A DNA stretch of 40,074 bases, taken from positions 48,583,088 through 48,623,161 of the forward strand of contig NC_068985.1 of NCBI RefSeq assembly GCF_001194135.2, given 5' to 3'. This DNA comes from Octopus bimaculoides. Its lineage: Eukaryota. The notes under the pieces were generated by a model that was given only the letters and a program-made list of their open reading frames with translations, was not told the origin of the DNA and did no database searches. Of the stretch, positions 1 through 13,027 are shown one piece after another (the stretch's first letter is position 1; each line of letters opens with the position of its first letter). A program made the position numbers and the translations under genes.

Positions 1-210
1 TATATACTATAAATATGTACGTATAAATGCATTCATATTCTTTGCGCGGTGAGGTGTCTCGAAGCAGATAAAGCTATAGGTAATATCTTGTAGACTTTGG
101 GTTAAAAAGCCTTTTGTATAGCAAAAGTCGTTAGATCGCTGTGAAACTTAAACCCACATCTCGTATAAACATGGCAGTCATTCTACCATGGAGCCAAAAC
201 ACTACTTTCC

Positions 211-246
<36 letters not shown>

Positions 247-289
247 TAAATAACCATTTCAGATAATATATAGAATATATTTTCCACCT

Positions 290-2330
290 TTACTTCAATA
301 CTTTGTTGGTTTTTCGTTGTTTTTTTCTTTTAAATTGTTTATCTTTACCTTGAGCATAGTTAATTTTCAAGTTTCTACTTTGATTCTTAATAGATAGTGT
401 TATGTCTTCTTTTACTACTTTATTCATGTCTCCGAACCAGGCTCCGCGTGGTCTTGAAGTAATTTGACAATTTCTTGTCATACAAACAACTGACGCAAAT
501 CGGCAACAGCCTAAAATTTATAAGGAATGGAAATTGCATTGACTAATAGAATCGCAATTTTTTTGGAAGCTTTGGGTAAATAAGTAAGACTATGAGCCTA
601 GGAAACGAAGGTTATCCACACAAGAAGTGATAAATCTTCAGTAAAGAACCTGGACAAAAATGCGCTGCGTGAATGTTACAGGTGCTAGCAGTTTGAATAA
701 TCACACACCGAACTCTTAGATAATTCTTCCATAACGTAACCACTATGGAATCTGCATGAACTCTTGTTAACAAAGCTCACACATCAGTCACCATGTAAAC
801 GGCTTCATAATCAGTAGACCCATAAACGAAAGTAGCATTCCGTTATGCCCAATCAACATGAGTTCGGTACAATACTCATAAAGCCAGGAACATTCATATT
901 GCTGTATTAGCTAAGTCACGCGATACAGCCCGACATACACTGATGGTTTGTACTAAATAAATCTAACAGTTCAGCGTAGAGCCTTCAGTTATGTGGATGA
1001 ATCAGGCTTTTGAGAGCATTTACAACATACAACTTCGGGTTTGCTTAGAAGAAAGCTTTCCTGTGAGAATATCATTACTGAATATGAAGAAATACCAGTC
1101 TCCTTGGAGTCATATGTTTACATATGACATAAACATTATTTAACTCATTTTTAGAATTTATCTATGCCACATGGTTTTTCTTATATCTTCTGCTAAAATA
1201 TCTGTCCGACCGTACGGAGCACACACTTCAATGACTTTTATTCCATGGATTAATTACTTTCATTTTATTCTGCTTTTCGACTTTCTATATTTCTTATCAA
1301 ATGTTTGTATTAATTGTATGTCTTGTAGATACTTCAATACTATCATTCTGTTTTTGAATTCTATATAACCGTTTTTGTTTATTTTAAATCAGGTTTTTAT
1401 TGGAAATGTTTCATTCGTGTTTATTTATTTTTTCTTTTTTTTCCCGATCATTTCTTTTCTTCAAAACTGGAGATACGCCTTTTGAACTCATCATTTTTCA
1501 TTATTTGCTTTCTTTGTCCTTAATTTTCAATCTTTTATAAAGCATTAGAACTGTTTATATTGTATATCACTCTGTTGTTACTTCGGATTTAGTTTGTCCT
1601 TGTATCTGTTCTTTTACGCTAGACTGATTTTGAATGTTTCCAAGCTGCTTGTATTATACGATTTGTTTATTTTATTCTGAGATATCATGACACTTACAAC
1701 AGCAATTACTGTCCGCAATGGAATTTAATCATTTAATAGTTTCACACCCATTATAATTTTATCCGTTATTTGCCGTATAATTATTTCTAATGAGCCATTA
1801 GCTTCCCTAACCAGAGCTAATATACTGTATCATAACTTACCGATACCCCATACGCAGTCACAATATATGAATTATATATCTACAAATTTACACGTGTTAT
1901 ATTTCCATTATCGCACTTTCTAGATGACTGCATTCAAGCGTTTTACGTTTGCACTCATTAATACTTGGCAGTGCTAGGTTTGATATTGCGTATCTCATTG
2001 TTTCTGTTGCAAAACTTATGTTACTTCTTTTTAGCATGGAATATATTGCTGTAATCTTCTATTATAATACGCTCAACGTTTTTGTTGTTCTCTTGCAACG
2101 TGGATTATATTATATCTTCATTTTCTTTGAGTATTTTTCTCACATATTTCACTATGTTGTTAACGTTACTAGTTCGTTATTTAAAATAACCTGCTTTACT
2201 TACCATCATTTTTATACTAAACATTTGTACACCAATATTTGAATTGTCTTTCCGCCTCATTTAGCAAAAGATTTGGCGTTGTCTTCCGAAGCGTTTAAAC
2301 TTCTGATAAAGGAGCTGTTCACACAAAATC
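290..2330 (-). mobile_element. Possible very old, heavily decayed LINE relic (ORF1-like region, then endonuclease-like region)
   Basis: Manual minus-strand translation gives only weak, stop-riddled resemblances: a charged coiled-coil-like stretch, LIHGIK, NVPGF...ATFV and WFGDMNKVVKE. No RT motif was seen. Confidence 0.25.
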
Positions 2331-2404
2331 ACTAAATACATTTCTCTGACTCTTAGCCGTGTAACAGTTTTAAATTTTATTGTTTTGGTATCAAAGTCGA
2401 GAGC

Positions 2405-2590
2405 TCTAGCTAGTTCTGCATTTGCAACAATAGCTGCGGAATCCCGCTCAAATTACACCCTACCGACGAAAGAAAGGAAGAGTTAACGAACACATTGGAT
2501 GATGTAGTCCTAGATAAACAGTGTGATAAAAAGACGGGATAGACACAACCGAAATGATGTTAAGTTTGGTTATGCTTGATCACGGGTGAA
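2405..2590. repeat. Dispersed SINE-like repeat, diverged copy 1 of 3
   Basis: Shares ordered blocks (atagc(a/t)gc, cac(a/t)tgga, tcctaga, ttgatca) with 16960-17160 and 17810-18000. Confidence 0.5.
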
Positions 2591-2699
2591 GGTAACAGAA
2601 GTACAATCTCGGTGTTGAAGTACATGCGCATGTATTTCCCACCAAAAGATTACCTAAAAATTGGAGTCGCTCCCACGACTTATTGTCTTCATCGATCGT

Positions 2700-2945
2700 C
2701 TTCTTGTTTCTACTATTGCTGTTGTTGTTGCTATTGCTGTTGCTGGTAGTAGTGTCACTTTTGCTTATGTTGCTGCTGTTGTTTGTTTTGTTGTTATTGC
2801 CGCCGCTGCTAGAGTTTTTGATGATGATGTGATTGTTGTTGTCACTTTTGTTGTTGTTGCTGCTGCTGCTACTGCTACTACTAGTGTCGTTGTTGCTTAT
2901 GTTGTTAAGAACGTTGTCGTTACCATTGCTGCTATTGTTTTCGTC
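2700..2945. repeat. Cryptic (GTT/GCT) trinucleotide low-complexity tract
   Basis: Imperfect gttgttgct runs that explain the poly-Val/Ala and poly-Leu ORFs. Confidence 0.85.
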
Positions 2946-3289
2946 TCGTGCAAGATTGTACCCTTACCTTCTCACACTTTATTTTGCCTTTCGTCTTGAC
3001 TTTAAAATCTCTTGAGGTCGAGGTTCCTTGTTTTTCAGCCCTATGTTTTAATTTCATAGCTAACATCTGATGTTAATAGCTACATTTTTCTTTATATTTA
3101 ACTTTTGTTGTTTTTCTATGAGTACATAGTGACAATGTGAAATTTAAAAAGAGCTTCTGCGAATGCTTTTAGTCAAGATAATACGCGCAATTGTTCATTA
3201 TCACACTGATTTACATCCACCCAGCCGAGACTCAAACGTCATTGTGCATGAGTGGCGAAACATTAGATATGATAAGTAATTTAAACAAT

Positions 3290-3575
3290 TGATAGTGTTA
3301 GCGTTGTTGCGGATGCTGGTACTGTTTGTGGTGGTCTTGTAGTTGTTGTTTGTGGTGGGTTTCGTGATGGAGGCGACGGTGGTGGGTTTTGTTGCGGCGG
3401 TGGTCGTGGCGACGACGACAGTAATAAGAACGAATAGGAGTGTGACGTTGATAATTGGAGTGCGGTGATTGCATTCACAGTGACGATCGATGATTGGTCC
3501 ATCAGAAAAAAGAAAATTATGAAGGCGTTGTTTACAGTGATAACAGATGTTCATGACGATGATGCTCATGGACAG
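3290..3575. repeat. Cryptic (GTT/GGT/GAT) trinucleotide low-complexity tract
   Basis: Degenerate triplet periodicity that explains the Thr/Pro-rich minus-strand ORFs. Confidence 0.7.
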
Positions 3576-5829
3576 TAGGAGGATGAGGGAGCTAAATGTG
3601 GAGATGAAGTATGTGTAGATAAATTATATAGCAATCTATATCTCATTATATTTCATACATCAAACAGAACAACGACAGGAATTATCTTAACACACCTGCG
3701 CCTCAAACGAGGTTAAGTCCCTAAAGAGATGCTATAATTGTTTTGTTTGCGTTTTTAACCCTCTCAGATTATTATTCAAGCTTATACAATTATAATCTGT
3801 TGTTAATGAACGATGACTTAGTGGAGATAAGCTTTCAGAAATCTGAGGCAGCGATGAGCATTCGATTGCCAGTTTGACTTTGAAGGATGCACCAAGCATC
3901 TGTAAATTTCATCAATATTGCAAACATCTCATTCTTATTACCCTATATATTTGGGATCAGAATGAAAGACGAATACAATTAATATTCGTTAACTGTAAAG
4001 ATGTTCAAGTGTGCGTATAAGTTTCGGAAGAGTATAATCTGAGATGATCGTGCAAATATGTCATTGAAAGATACCAGTTCGATATTCGTGTGTTCAATTA
4101 CAGTACAAGAATTTCATTGAACAATTAGCGGGTGTGATTGTTTCCCAATCCCTCAAATTTTAAGCCTACTGAAATTCAGTTTAGCCAGATTCAGTCTGTT
4201 ATGTGAAATATCCTATGCAATGGTTTCTTCCAAGTGTATAACAAATAACAGCGAGAAAATAGAGCAGGTCCATATTGGTGGATCGTTTCTCGTAATGTAA
4301 AACAAAATAGAAAATAATTAATTTTCTTGATATATTTTATAATATTTTGTTAATGATACACGCAGACACACACACACACATATAGCAATATGTATGGAAA
4401 TATATACTCATATATATATACATATATACAGAGTCGTCAAGAAGTCACCTGACAGTAAATCTAAACCATTTCATTCCAAGATTAAAACAAACATTACTTT
4501 TTTTATGTGACTTAGCTAATAAATAGACAAATGTTGAAAAACAAAAACGGTGATTTTGACTTAGAGCATTCAATTATTCAACATTCATAATTGAAATGAA
4601 TGAATAAAATTGAATATTAAGTATTTATGGAATTTTGATTTAATGTCGAGTGATTTATGGCCAAAGTGTATATATATATATATGTATGTATGTATNNNNN
4701 NNNNNNNNNNNNNNNNNNNNNNNNNNNNNNNNNNNNNNNNNNNNNNNNNNNNNNNNNNNNNNNNNNNNNNNNNNNNNNNNNNNNNNNNNNNNNNNNNNNN
4801 NNNNNNNNNNNNNNNNNNNNNNNNNNNNNNNNNNNNNNNNNNNNNNNNNNNNNNNNNNNNNNNNNNNNNNNNNNNNNNNNNNNNNNNNNNNNNNNNNNNN
4901 NNNNNTATATATATGCCTATATACATAGGCATAGACACATGCTTGTGTGTGATGTACGAAGCGTAGGGATAAACTTCACAAACTTTTACTATCAGAGATG
5001 TTCTTTTCCGCTATGCTAAAGATAATTAGTTTAAATGCCAGCTAAGTTAAAGTTTAGATTGAGTAAATACTGATAAAGGAGTGTTATTTAGGATTGAACT
5101 TTGCATCAGTCTTATTTATTCTCAACAAAGGCTAATTCCATCCCAGCCTTTGGTTTCGGCAACATTCAGTTGCTTTGGTCATGATTTCCCAAACTGCTTT
5201 CTTGTAAAATTTGGAGGGAAATTTGGTTATTTAAGCCTTTATCATATCATTACGGCATATAACTTCCTCCATCTTATAATAACCATGACACATTCTAACA
5301 TTTACAGTAAAATAAACACCAGATTTCACATGAAAGCTCAACTCATTTTCTAATGTCTTCACTTAACGAAATCCACTGAGAAATTTTATTAAGTTAACCA
5401 TTTTGAAATAATGAATAAAATTGACATTTTCAACCACAAATTTAATTGAGTGGAATCGTAAGTAAATAATCTAATCATAAATTTTGAACATCCTTCTCCT
5501 AATGAATTGCAAGCAACTTTCTATTTGATCTATTGCTGGTGAAAGCTTACCCTCATCCCAATTGACTCAGTGCGACTCTATTTTCATGATGCATACCATT
5601 TTCAGATGCCTTACACCATTTTCAGTTGCCATACACTTCTTGTTTGGTCATCCAGGTATATATTTTTTCTGACTTCTACTCTATGTTGAGTGTACAGACC
5701 GAAACGTCAAATTTTCTCTTCTTCACTACAATTGAACTTATTCAACAGTTAAGGAGGTCATCTTTTATATTGTAAGTACAGTCATTCATTTGACAAAGAA
5801 GCTGGTAATATGTCGCGGAAGTTTATGGT

Positions 5830-7650
5830 TGTTCCACTAAAGGAAATCTCAGCTATGTTACAGTTTCAGATACTGTCAGTCACACATGGTAGCTTTCAAG
5901 GTGCTAAGTCCGTACTTGTGCAGATCCGTACATTTGTTTCTGTTTCTTCACAAAACTCTCCTTGAATCACCTATGATCATATAAGCCTCGAAGTGAGTGA
6001 CATATCTGAATAAATTTTCTTTGATTTCAGACGAATCTACGCTGATGTTTGGTTGAACATATCATATAATTTTTTATTGGTTGCTGTTGTCCTTGTGAAT
6101 AGCGGAGTTATATCTGCCAGAATATTAACTCTATTAGTGTTTTATGGTTTAGGACAGCCTGTAATCAATTGACTGGTTGTTGGAAGGGATTGTGTATGCA
6201 TGTGTTGAGAAACCGAAAGCTAGAGGAGTTTCGGTAAGGATTACATCCCGACTTGAGTTTGTTAGCCTGCTGACCGACATTGTGGTAAGCAATTACTTTC
6301 CACTTTGTCTTCTGGGTTGTAGTATTAAGGTGAGACAGCGGTCAATATTGATCTAAGAACATTATTTACAATGTCCTGTGGATGTTCCTGGTCAAGTTAT
6401 TGGTATTTTGGCTTTGTTACAGAACTTTTTGAAGAACTCGTAAAGAGACAGTTCACGCCATCATATGATGTTATCTGATCAAAGAAATTTGCCAACCTTT
6501 CACTTAATCTAATGCAATCTGTGTACTATGCGACAAAATCAGAACCTTAAATACACAAAGTCCGACCGTATTATCATATCTGGTCCATAATTGGTGTAGA
6601 TGTTCAAAAGCAACGGAACAAACACGAGGCTTGTTACACACTATTATATGATAACACAAATCGAAACATCATATTCTCCAACATATTTTCAGGAATCCTG
6701 TAAGTCTTTTGTAGTCTTTGGAATCTTGTTGAATCTGTAATTTAATGTACACTGAAGATATGTCAACAAAAACTATATCAGCTAACATTCGTTTCATAAA
6801 TCTGTTTAGCATATGTTACGTAAGATTGTATATTCGCTGCTTGACAAAATCTTGCTTTTGCATACGTCTATCAGTGTTCTATTCAGAAGTAAGCACAAAA
6901 ATTATTGAAACGTATGACCGTTTCGTACATTTTGTGAGCTCATGGATTTTCCCCGTTTCAGCAGTCCTAATGATTAATTCTTCCTGCACAACAGAAGATC
7001 ATATATAGTCAGAAAACGATTATATATCTGTAGGAAGTACTTTTCATATTCGACTAAATCCTTGAACTTCTCAGTTGAAATATCATCACAATATATTGCA
7101 GTTTCCATCTCTTCAATTAGGAGTGGTTTTTCAATATAATTGTTACAGAGAGGATTAGCAAATATAATGAATCACAGGGACCTTACAGATTACAAACCAT
7201 AACTTACTCGTTCTGAGATATCTGTAGATTCGTTCAGTGCATTGCTAGTCTTTTCAAAACAATACGATATAGTTCCTATTATTTTGTCACAGATGTTGAA
7301 TTGATTATGATGCGAAGTTAACTGTTTCCAAGTATGTGACGTAGTTATCGCACTGAGCAAATATTTGGAGTGAAAGAAAGAATATTGCTCTCTATGCAGC
7401 TTGGAAAAAATGTATTTCAAATCTTAATGTTAATCGGCATTCTTAACAAAGATTTTCATACGTTTTACCTTCCATTCCAACTGAGTGGTGAATCCATTCA
7501 TGTTCGCTTTCATGTAGAGAAAGAGCTTTCTTGAAACCAGGACCATTGATAACAAGTACGAGATTGATTTGAGTAACTATAGGATGAGAGTTAGTTCATG
7601 GTATGGAATCCTTTAGAATCCCATACACAGACATGCAACGGAACTGACTG
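5830..7650 (-). mobile_element. Decayed non-LTR retrotransposon, Vingi/Ingi-like (I group) reverse transcriptase region
   Basis: Minus-strand motifs appear in the expected order across frameshifts: KANxNGFT (~7500), DDISTEKF, LLKRGK (~6955), LLLNR, IVFVDISS (~6765), PLLLNIYTN (~6600), NIDRCLT, LITGCPKP (~6155), RLKSKK (~6025), LHKYG. The LINE RT call is solid. The clade call rests on recalled family motifs. Confidence 0.7.
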
Positions 7651-8667
7651 TGATCTACGTTTCCAAATGGCGCTTCAGATAAACGTATGAAGCTGGCCTC
7701 ATACATGAAGCTAAGTGGTTTACATGTGAATACTTTCAACTACCCAGTTCGGTTCTTGTCGGACTCCATCTAACACCATTATGTACTATGGCTGTACTGG
7801 GTGTTTCGAACTAATGATCCCTAAGATTAGAAAATATTTCACTCGGCAAATTATGTTTGGTGTTATAGCATTAATACTTCATTTATGGATTAGCGCGAGA
7901 TGAAAGGCAGAGGATGCTGACATTGAAACAAGAAACGAAACCTCGAAATAAATGGGATGTTTAACTAGCAAGTTTGGATGTCGAATACCATTGCCAACTC
8001 TAGCACACTACTTCCGTTTAATGAATAATTACTGAGATCACATAGTTGAAATTGTGTTCAATCCTTACATATGCAATACTGCATAGACATTAATCAGAAA
8101 ATGTGAGTTTAATCAATATCTGACTTTAAAATGATTCATATGGCAAACAGTATCGCTTACTTTCTGAAGTATGAAATAAATTAGATTATACATCAGGAAA
8201 CCTTACGATGTAAAAATATAGAGATATTTACCATCAACTGGCCACGTTCTGTGATACTGCTTTACATTATCACAAACTCCATTTCAATTATGACTTTCGA
8301 TAAATGGTCCTTCTATACTTCTTTCAACTGATTATTAATAATAGCGAAATACAGAAATAACGTGTTAATAATATCAGTTATATATTAATTCAGAGAAAAT
8401 AATGCCATCATCTGATTATGCATATTTCTTGGCAAAGTTTCAGTTTGTAGATAAAAACCTTTCCCGTTATTGGTAAGGATTTTGTTTCAAATATAGTGCA
8501 TAATTATGCGTATGGTAATATCCAGGGCTAGCATAAAATTACCATTGCATAAAAGTGAATTAGAAAGATATGTATCTGCTTGTGGATAAGGAACCAGTGT
8601 AGTGCAGATATCACTTCCAGAAGGTTTGTGATCCATTCTAGAGAAAACGTACGTTGAATTAAATCTC

Positions 8668-9084
8668 ATGTATGTATGTATGTATGTATGTATGTATGAT
8701 CTATACATATTTGTATGTTTAGTTTTATGCATGCATCGTCATGCATATAGCTGCATATCTAGACATGCTGATATATATTTAAATGATAAACTTCTGGAAA
8801 GTTATAAACATATTTATAGTTCCAGTGATAGATTGCATCTGTAGTCTTCGAATTAACTTTCTCCTTTCTGGTTGTGAGAAGCCTAATTTCTCCAGATTGG
8901 ATTTAGGCAGTGCGTAACATATTTCAGGGTTCCAATAATTACAGGTATAAACTGAACTTGTAATTTGGATAGAGTCACTGCAGATTTCTCAATTGTTCAG
9001 CGTACGTATTCTCTTTCTCACTGATCTTCAGCTTTGTTAATATCCGCTGGCGAGCTAATTTTCACAACTACACAGTTTCTCTTC
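8668..9084 (-). mobile_element. 5'-truncated R4/Dong-like RLE retrotransposon, family X copy A (ORF C-terminus plus part of 3' UTR)
   Basis: Clear DNA similarity to 29880-30185 and 24589-24780. Translates approximately to KENTYAE...LEKLGFSQPERRKLIRRLQMQSITGT...FQKFII*. Flanked on both sides by (TATG)n. Confidence 0.92.
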
Positions 9085-9244
9085 GTGTATGTATGTATGT
9101 ATGCATGCATGTATATATGTATATATGTATTTGTATATGTATGTTTGTAGTATTCTTTTATTTTACAGGTTTCGGTCAATGAAATATGGTTCCGCTGCCA
9201 CTAGCGACAGCGTTGTTTTTGTTTCCTTTACAGTTACTGTTTTT

Positions 9245-10655
9245 AGAATATGAGAAAGTGTAGTGTGTTAGTATTGAAGAGAGGCAAAATCAAATGTATG
9301 GACGGGCTAACGATACCGTCGGAGGAGGTTTTATGAAGCAGAGAGATGATAGAGAAAGAAATGACAGAAAAATTTAAGGTGGAGTACTTACACAGACTGA
9401 GACTGATCCTTAAGTGGAAATTAAATGGACGGAATAAGATCGAAGCTATCAACACCTGGGCGGTTTCATTCCTTAGATATGGAGCAGAAGTAATCACATG
9501 GACAGTAGACAAAATAAAAAGCTTAGACAGAAAGACAAGTTGCTAACTAGATATAGGTCACTCCACCCAAAAAGTGACATAGACAGGCAGTGTGTACCAA
9601 GAAAAAGATGGGGAAGACGATGTATTGGATGCAAACACAGCGTTAGAGCAGAAGAAAGCAACATATCATGCTATGTAAAAAATGCCAAAGAACAGCTATT
9701 ATTAGAAGTAAGAGGGTCAGACTTGTGTAGGATGAAAGATTGCAAAGATGAGGCATTATGCAAGAAATTGAAAACAAATGGAACTGAAAATAGATGGGTA
9801 AAGAAAAGAATGCATGGACAATTTCATGGGGATGTTGAAGATAAGACAGACAGAGAAAAAAGATGGCTGTGGATGACTAAAAGTGATTTATAACCTGAAA
9901 CGGAAGCTCTAATCTGTGCTGCCCAAGAGCAAGCACTAAGCGCAAACTACATAAAATACAGAATAGACAACACAGCAGAAAGTGATAAGTGCAGAATCTG
10001 TGGACAAAACGGTGTAACTGTATGGCATATTACCAGCCAATTTACGCCACTAGTCCAGAAGAAATACAAGAGACGCTGCCATAATTTAGCTAGGCTTTTC
10101 CATTGGACACTTTGCAACAAGTATGAACTTGAAAGACAATAAATTGGTCCGACCACAAACCTGAAGGTACCTTCGAAAATAGAAATGCAAAGATCCTGTG
10201 AGATTTTATGATTCATTGAGACCATGAGATAGATAATAGGAAGCCGGATATAGTCTTAATTGAGAAAGAAAACAAACTATGCTGGATCATAGATATAGCA
10301 TGCAAAGTTGAAAACTAGGTATGTGATAAGAAAGAAAGAAAACCGAGATATATGACAGGTTAGCTTGGGAAGTTAAGCAGTTGTGGTCGATGTTGTGGTA
10401 GCAGTAGTGCCAATAATTTTCGGAGCCCTGTGAACAGTGAGCAAAATTCTCCAGAAGTGCGTGGAACAAATAGGGGCTGCAAGGAGGATGCAGCACTTGC
10501 AGAAAAGAGCACTGCTTGAAACCGCTCGAATACTCTGGAAGGTGCTCGAAAAATAATAGGTGTTACCTTAGTTCACTGGCAGTGAACAGCTGACACTGTA
10601 GTACATCTCCAGCGATTAGAAGGCTGTGCAAAGGAAATAATAATAATAATAATAT
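9245..10655 (+). mobile_element. 5'-truncated R4/Dong-like RLE retrotransposon, family Y, with (TAA)n tail
   Basis: Frameshifted peptide RKCSVLVLKRGK...NKIEAINTWAV...MHGQF...ETEALICAAQEQAL. Decayed CCHC knuckle CRICGQNGVTVWHITS (~9990). RLE motif KPDIVLIEK...IIDIAC (~10241). Ends KVLEK* at 10554-10556, followed by an 80 bp UTR and a (TAA)5 tail. Confidence 0.93.
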
Positions 10656-10714
10656 ATAATACATACATACATACATACATACATACATACATGCATACAT
10701 ATATATCTACACAT

Positions 10715-11003
10715 GACAATTATGGTTTCAGTTGGTGTATATGTTTTCTTTCATGTGCGTTAACATCCGCTGGACAGCTGACCGTTATAACAGTATGATC
10801 TTTGTTTCCTGTCCCATAGAAAAAGTCGATTATGTTCGCACCGATTTGATGTTTTTTATTGGGGTGATCCACCAGTATTCCTTGTTTTTAAAGGTGTGAA
10901 TACCTGCATGTTCTAAAATGCCTTTGACATATATATCAGGGCAGCCCTTCCAATGGTTAGTTTTGTAAATAGTCTTTGCAACCGCCTCAAGGGCACGTAG
11001 TAT
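10715..11003 (-). mobile_element. Internal fragment of a diverged R4/Dong-like element related to family X (post-CCHC to RLE)
   Basis: Translates as MRYYVPLR..AVAKTIY...KEYWW.TPIK...LWDRK...VSCPADVN...KENIY. This parallels RYYLPMRHDVVARTL...WWN...RPDIMIWDR...ISCRADVN in the copy at 30100-30390. Confidence 0.8.
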
Positions 11004-11030
11004 CTCATAAACATCTCTCTCTCTCTCTCT

Positions 11031-11034
<4 letters not shown>

Positions 11035-11068
<34 letters not shown>

Positions 11069-11152
11069 TTATGTATGTATGTATGTAAGTATGTATGTAT
11101 GTATGTATGTATGTATGTATGTACATATGTATGTATGTATGTATGTATGTAT
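11035..11152. repeat. Compound (TA)n-(TATG)n microsatellite
   Basis: Directly visible. Confidence 0.95.
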
Positions 11153-11517
11153 GCAAACACGCGCACACTTATTGAACTGTGGCTATGCTGTAGTAAATAA
11201 ATTGAATACTTTCATAGATGTGCAAAATGAGGTTAAGCATATTGCACAACACCAAGAACAACATATCAACAATTACATTATTTTTATCGTATACATTATA
11301 TATTGCCCGTTTTTGATGTCTAGAAACTGTCATTTCAATTCACTTTATGGAATATTTATGCTTGGCAATTTTACACTTCAAAGACCATATGTTTGGTAAG
11401 GAATTATACTTTAGGCATCAATATATAACTTTGAAACTCGAGAGAATTCAGCAAGTAGTTCCAATAATTATTGTTTCTACAGAAGCTTTTCTCTTTTTTT
11501 GTGTGCCTGTCTGTCTG

Positions 11518-11518
<1 letters not shown>

Positions 11519-11565
<47 letters not shown>

Positions 11566-11657
11566 NNNNNNNNNNNNNNNNNNNNNNNNNNNNNNNNNNN
11601 NNNNNNNNNNNNNNNNNNNNNNNNNNNNNNNNNNNNNNNNNNNNNNNNNNNNNNNNN

Positions 11658-11703
<46 letters not shown>
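11519..11703. repeat. (CT)n microsatellite spanning an N-gap
   Basis: (CT)n on both sides of the gap at 11566-11657. Confidence 0.95.
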
Positions 11704-11707
<4 letters not shown>

Positions 11708-12167
11708 TGTGTCTCTCCCTCCATCTGTCTATTCTTGTGTTTGTTATTTGGTGAACTTTATACTGCGGAAGGTGGTACTGCTTTGCTTGGGTTATAGATT
11801 ATCAGTAACTTAATTTTGATCATGTAAATAAGTAAGCTTTGATACCACGTCATACTAGTACGTATTCGAATGCGTGGCTATTATATAGTAGGAGGGGTCT
11901 ATTGAATGTAATGCAAAGTTGAGCATGGTATATTTATTCACTGACAGAATTCGTTTAAACTGCACATGCAGAATAACTCTTCTTCTGTAGAAGGATGCTG
12001 TGTCATCACCACAAGTTAAGTATTTACACCATCATTAAAACTAACTCACATAGATTCAGAAATATAGTGGGTAGCTAGATCGCGAGACATATAGATGCAG
12101 CTATAAATGTATATTTACTTAAACACACACACACACATACATATCTACATATATATATAAAGTGAGG

Positions 12168-12168
<1 letters not shown>

Positions 12169-12221
<53 letters not shown>
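12169..12221. repeat. (GT)n microsatellite
   Basis: Directly visible. Confidence 0.95.
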
Positions 12222-12224
<3 letters not shown>

Positions 12225-12620
12225 CCCGTAGAACTTCTGAAGTTAGCAACTGATTTTCCCCAAACTGGGGATATACATTACATATGTTTCAGATTTGGTT
12301 TTAAAAGTTTTCATATAATGAGTAATGGGGCCTCTAGGGACAACCCCTCCCCACCTTCCCTGGGATACGTACGATTGCCCGCATGTCTCACACATTGCTT
12401 CTGTTCAAACTGGAAAGAACAGCTACTGAAATTATATAAATAGGTTGTATTAAATAGATGAACCGATGTAGGCTTCAGACTGTGTTGTCTAAGTGGTAGC
12501 AATAATAGCCTGTTCCCGCAGTACCATAGGTAGTAATCTGTTGGAATAAAAACCGTTTGGAACGCACTTTGTTTATTATGAAAAATAGTCTAAAATGTGT
12601 TAAATCCTTAGCAACTATTC

Positions 12621-13027
12621 AACAAGAAAAGCACTCGGAGAGCGCAGGCCTCTGCCAAGCTCATTTTAAGATAGATACGCGAGTAAAATTATTACTAATA
12701 GAGAAACGAAAATAAACTTTGGAAATAGCAACGCCACAATAGGTTACGTGGAAACGATGAACATGTTGTCAAGGGAGATAATCAAAGAACGTAACATTGT
12801 AATACTTCATGTAAAGTAAATATAACAAATGAAAAATCCTCCAAGAATCCATTAAAATTTCCAGATCACTACCCAAATTTCATCATCTGTTCCTTGTGTC
12901 ATTACCAACTTTTCCTGCAAGTTTCATCAAATACCATTCACTACTTTTGAGTTATTTTGCACACAGATGGACAGGCGGACAAACCAACGCTGATGAAAAA
13001 CATTATCTCCTTCCTTGGCGGAGGTAA
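12621..13027 (-). mobile_element. Non-autonomous Helentron-type element (HINE/DINE-1-like architecture)
   Basis: Subterminal inverted repeats cctctgccaag (12649-12659) and cttggcggagg (13014-13024) match at 10/11. A 3' stem-loop GCGCTC-TCC-GAGTGC (12631-12645) lies outside the second subTIR. GACA-like microrepeat near the 5' end. T-rich termini. Confidence 0.7.

Noticed and set aside
2621-2634. Palindrome tacatgcgcatgta (NRF1-like)
   Set aside because: Single short motif with no supporting context.
2661-3569. Hydrophobic poly-Val/Ala and Thr-rich ORFs resembling membrane or mucin proteins
   Set aside because: Explained by cryptic trinucleotide repeats that leave several frames open on both strands.
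4426-4470. TA-cagagtcgtcaagaagtcacctgacag, resembling a Tc1/mariner terminus
   Set aside because: No matching inverted end or transposase was found; a partner could lie in the adjacent gap.
5670-5712. ccgaaacgtc with an upstream stem, hammerhead-like
   Set aside because: No CUGANGA and no stem I.
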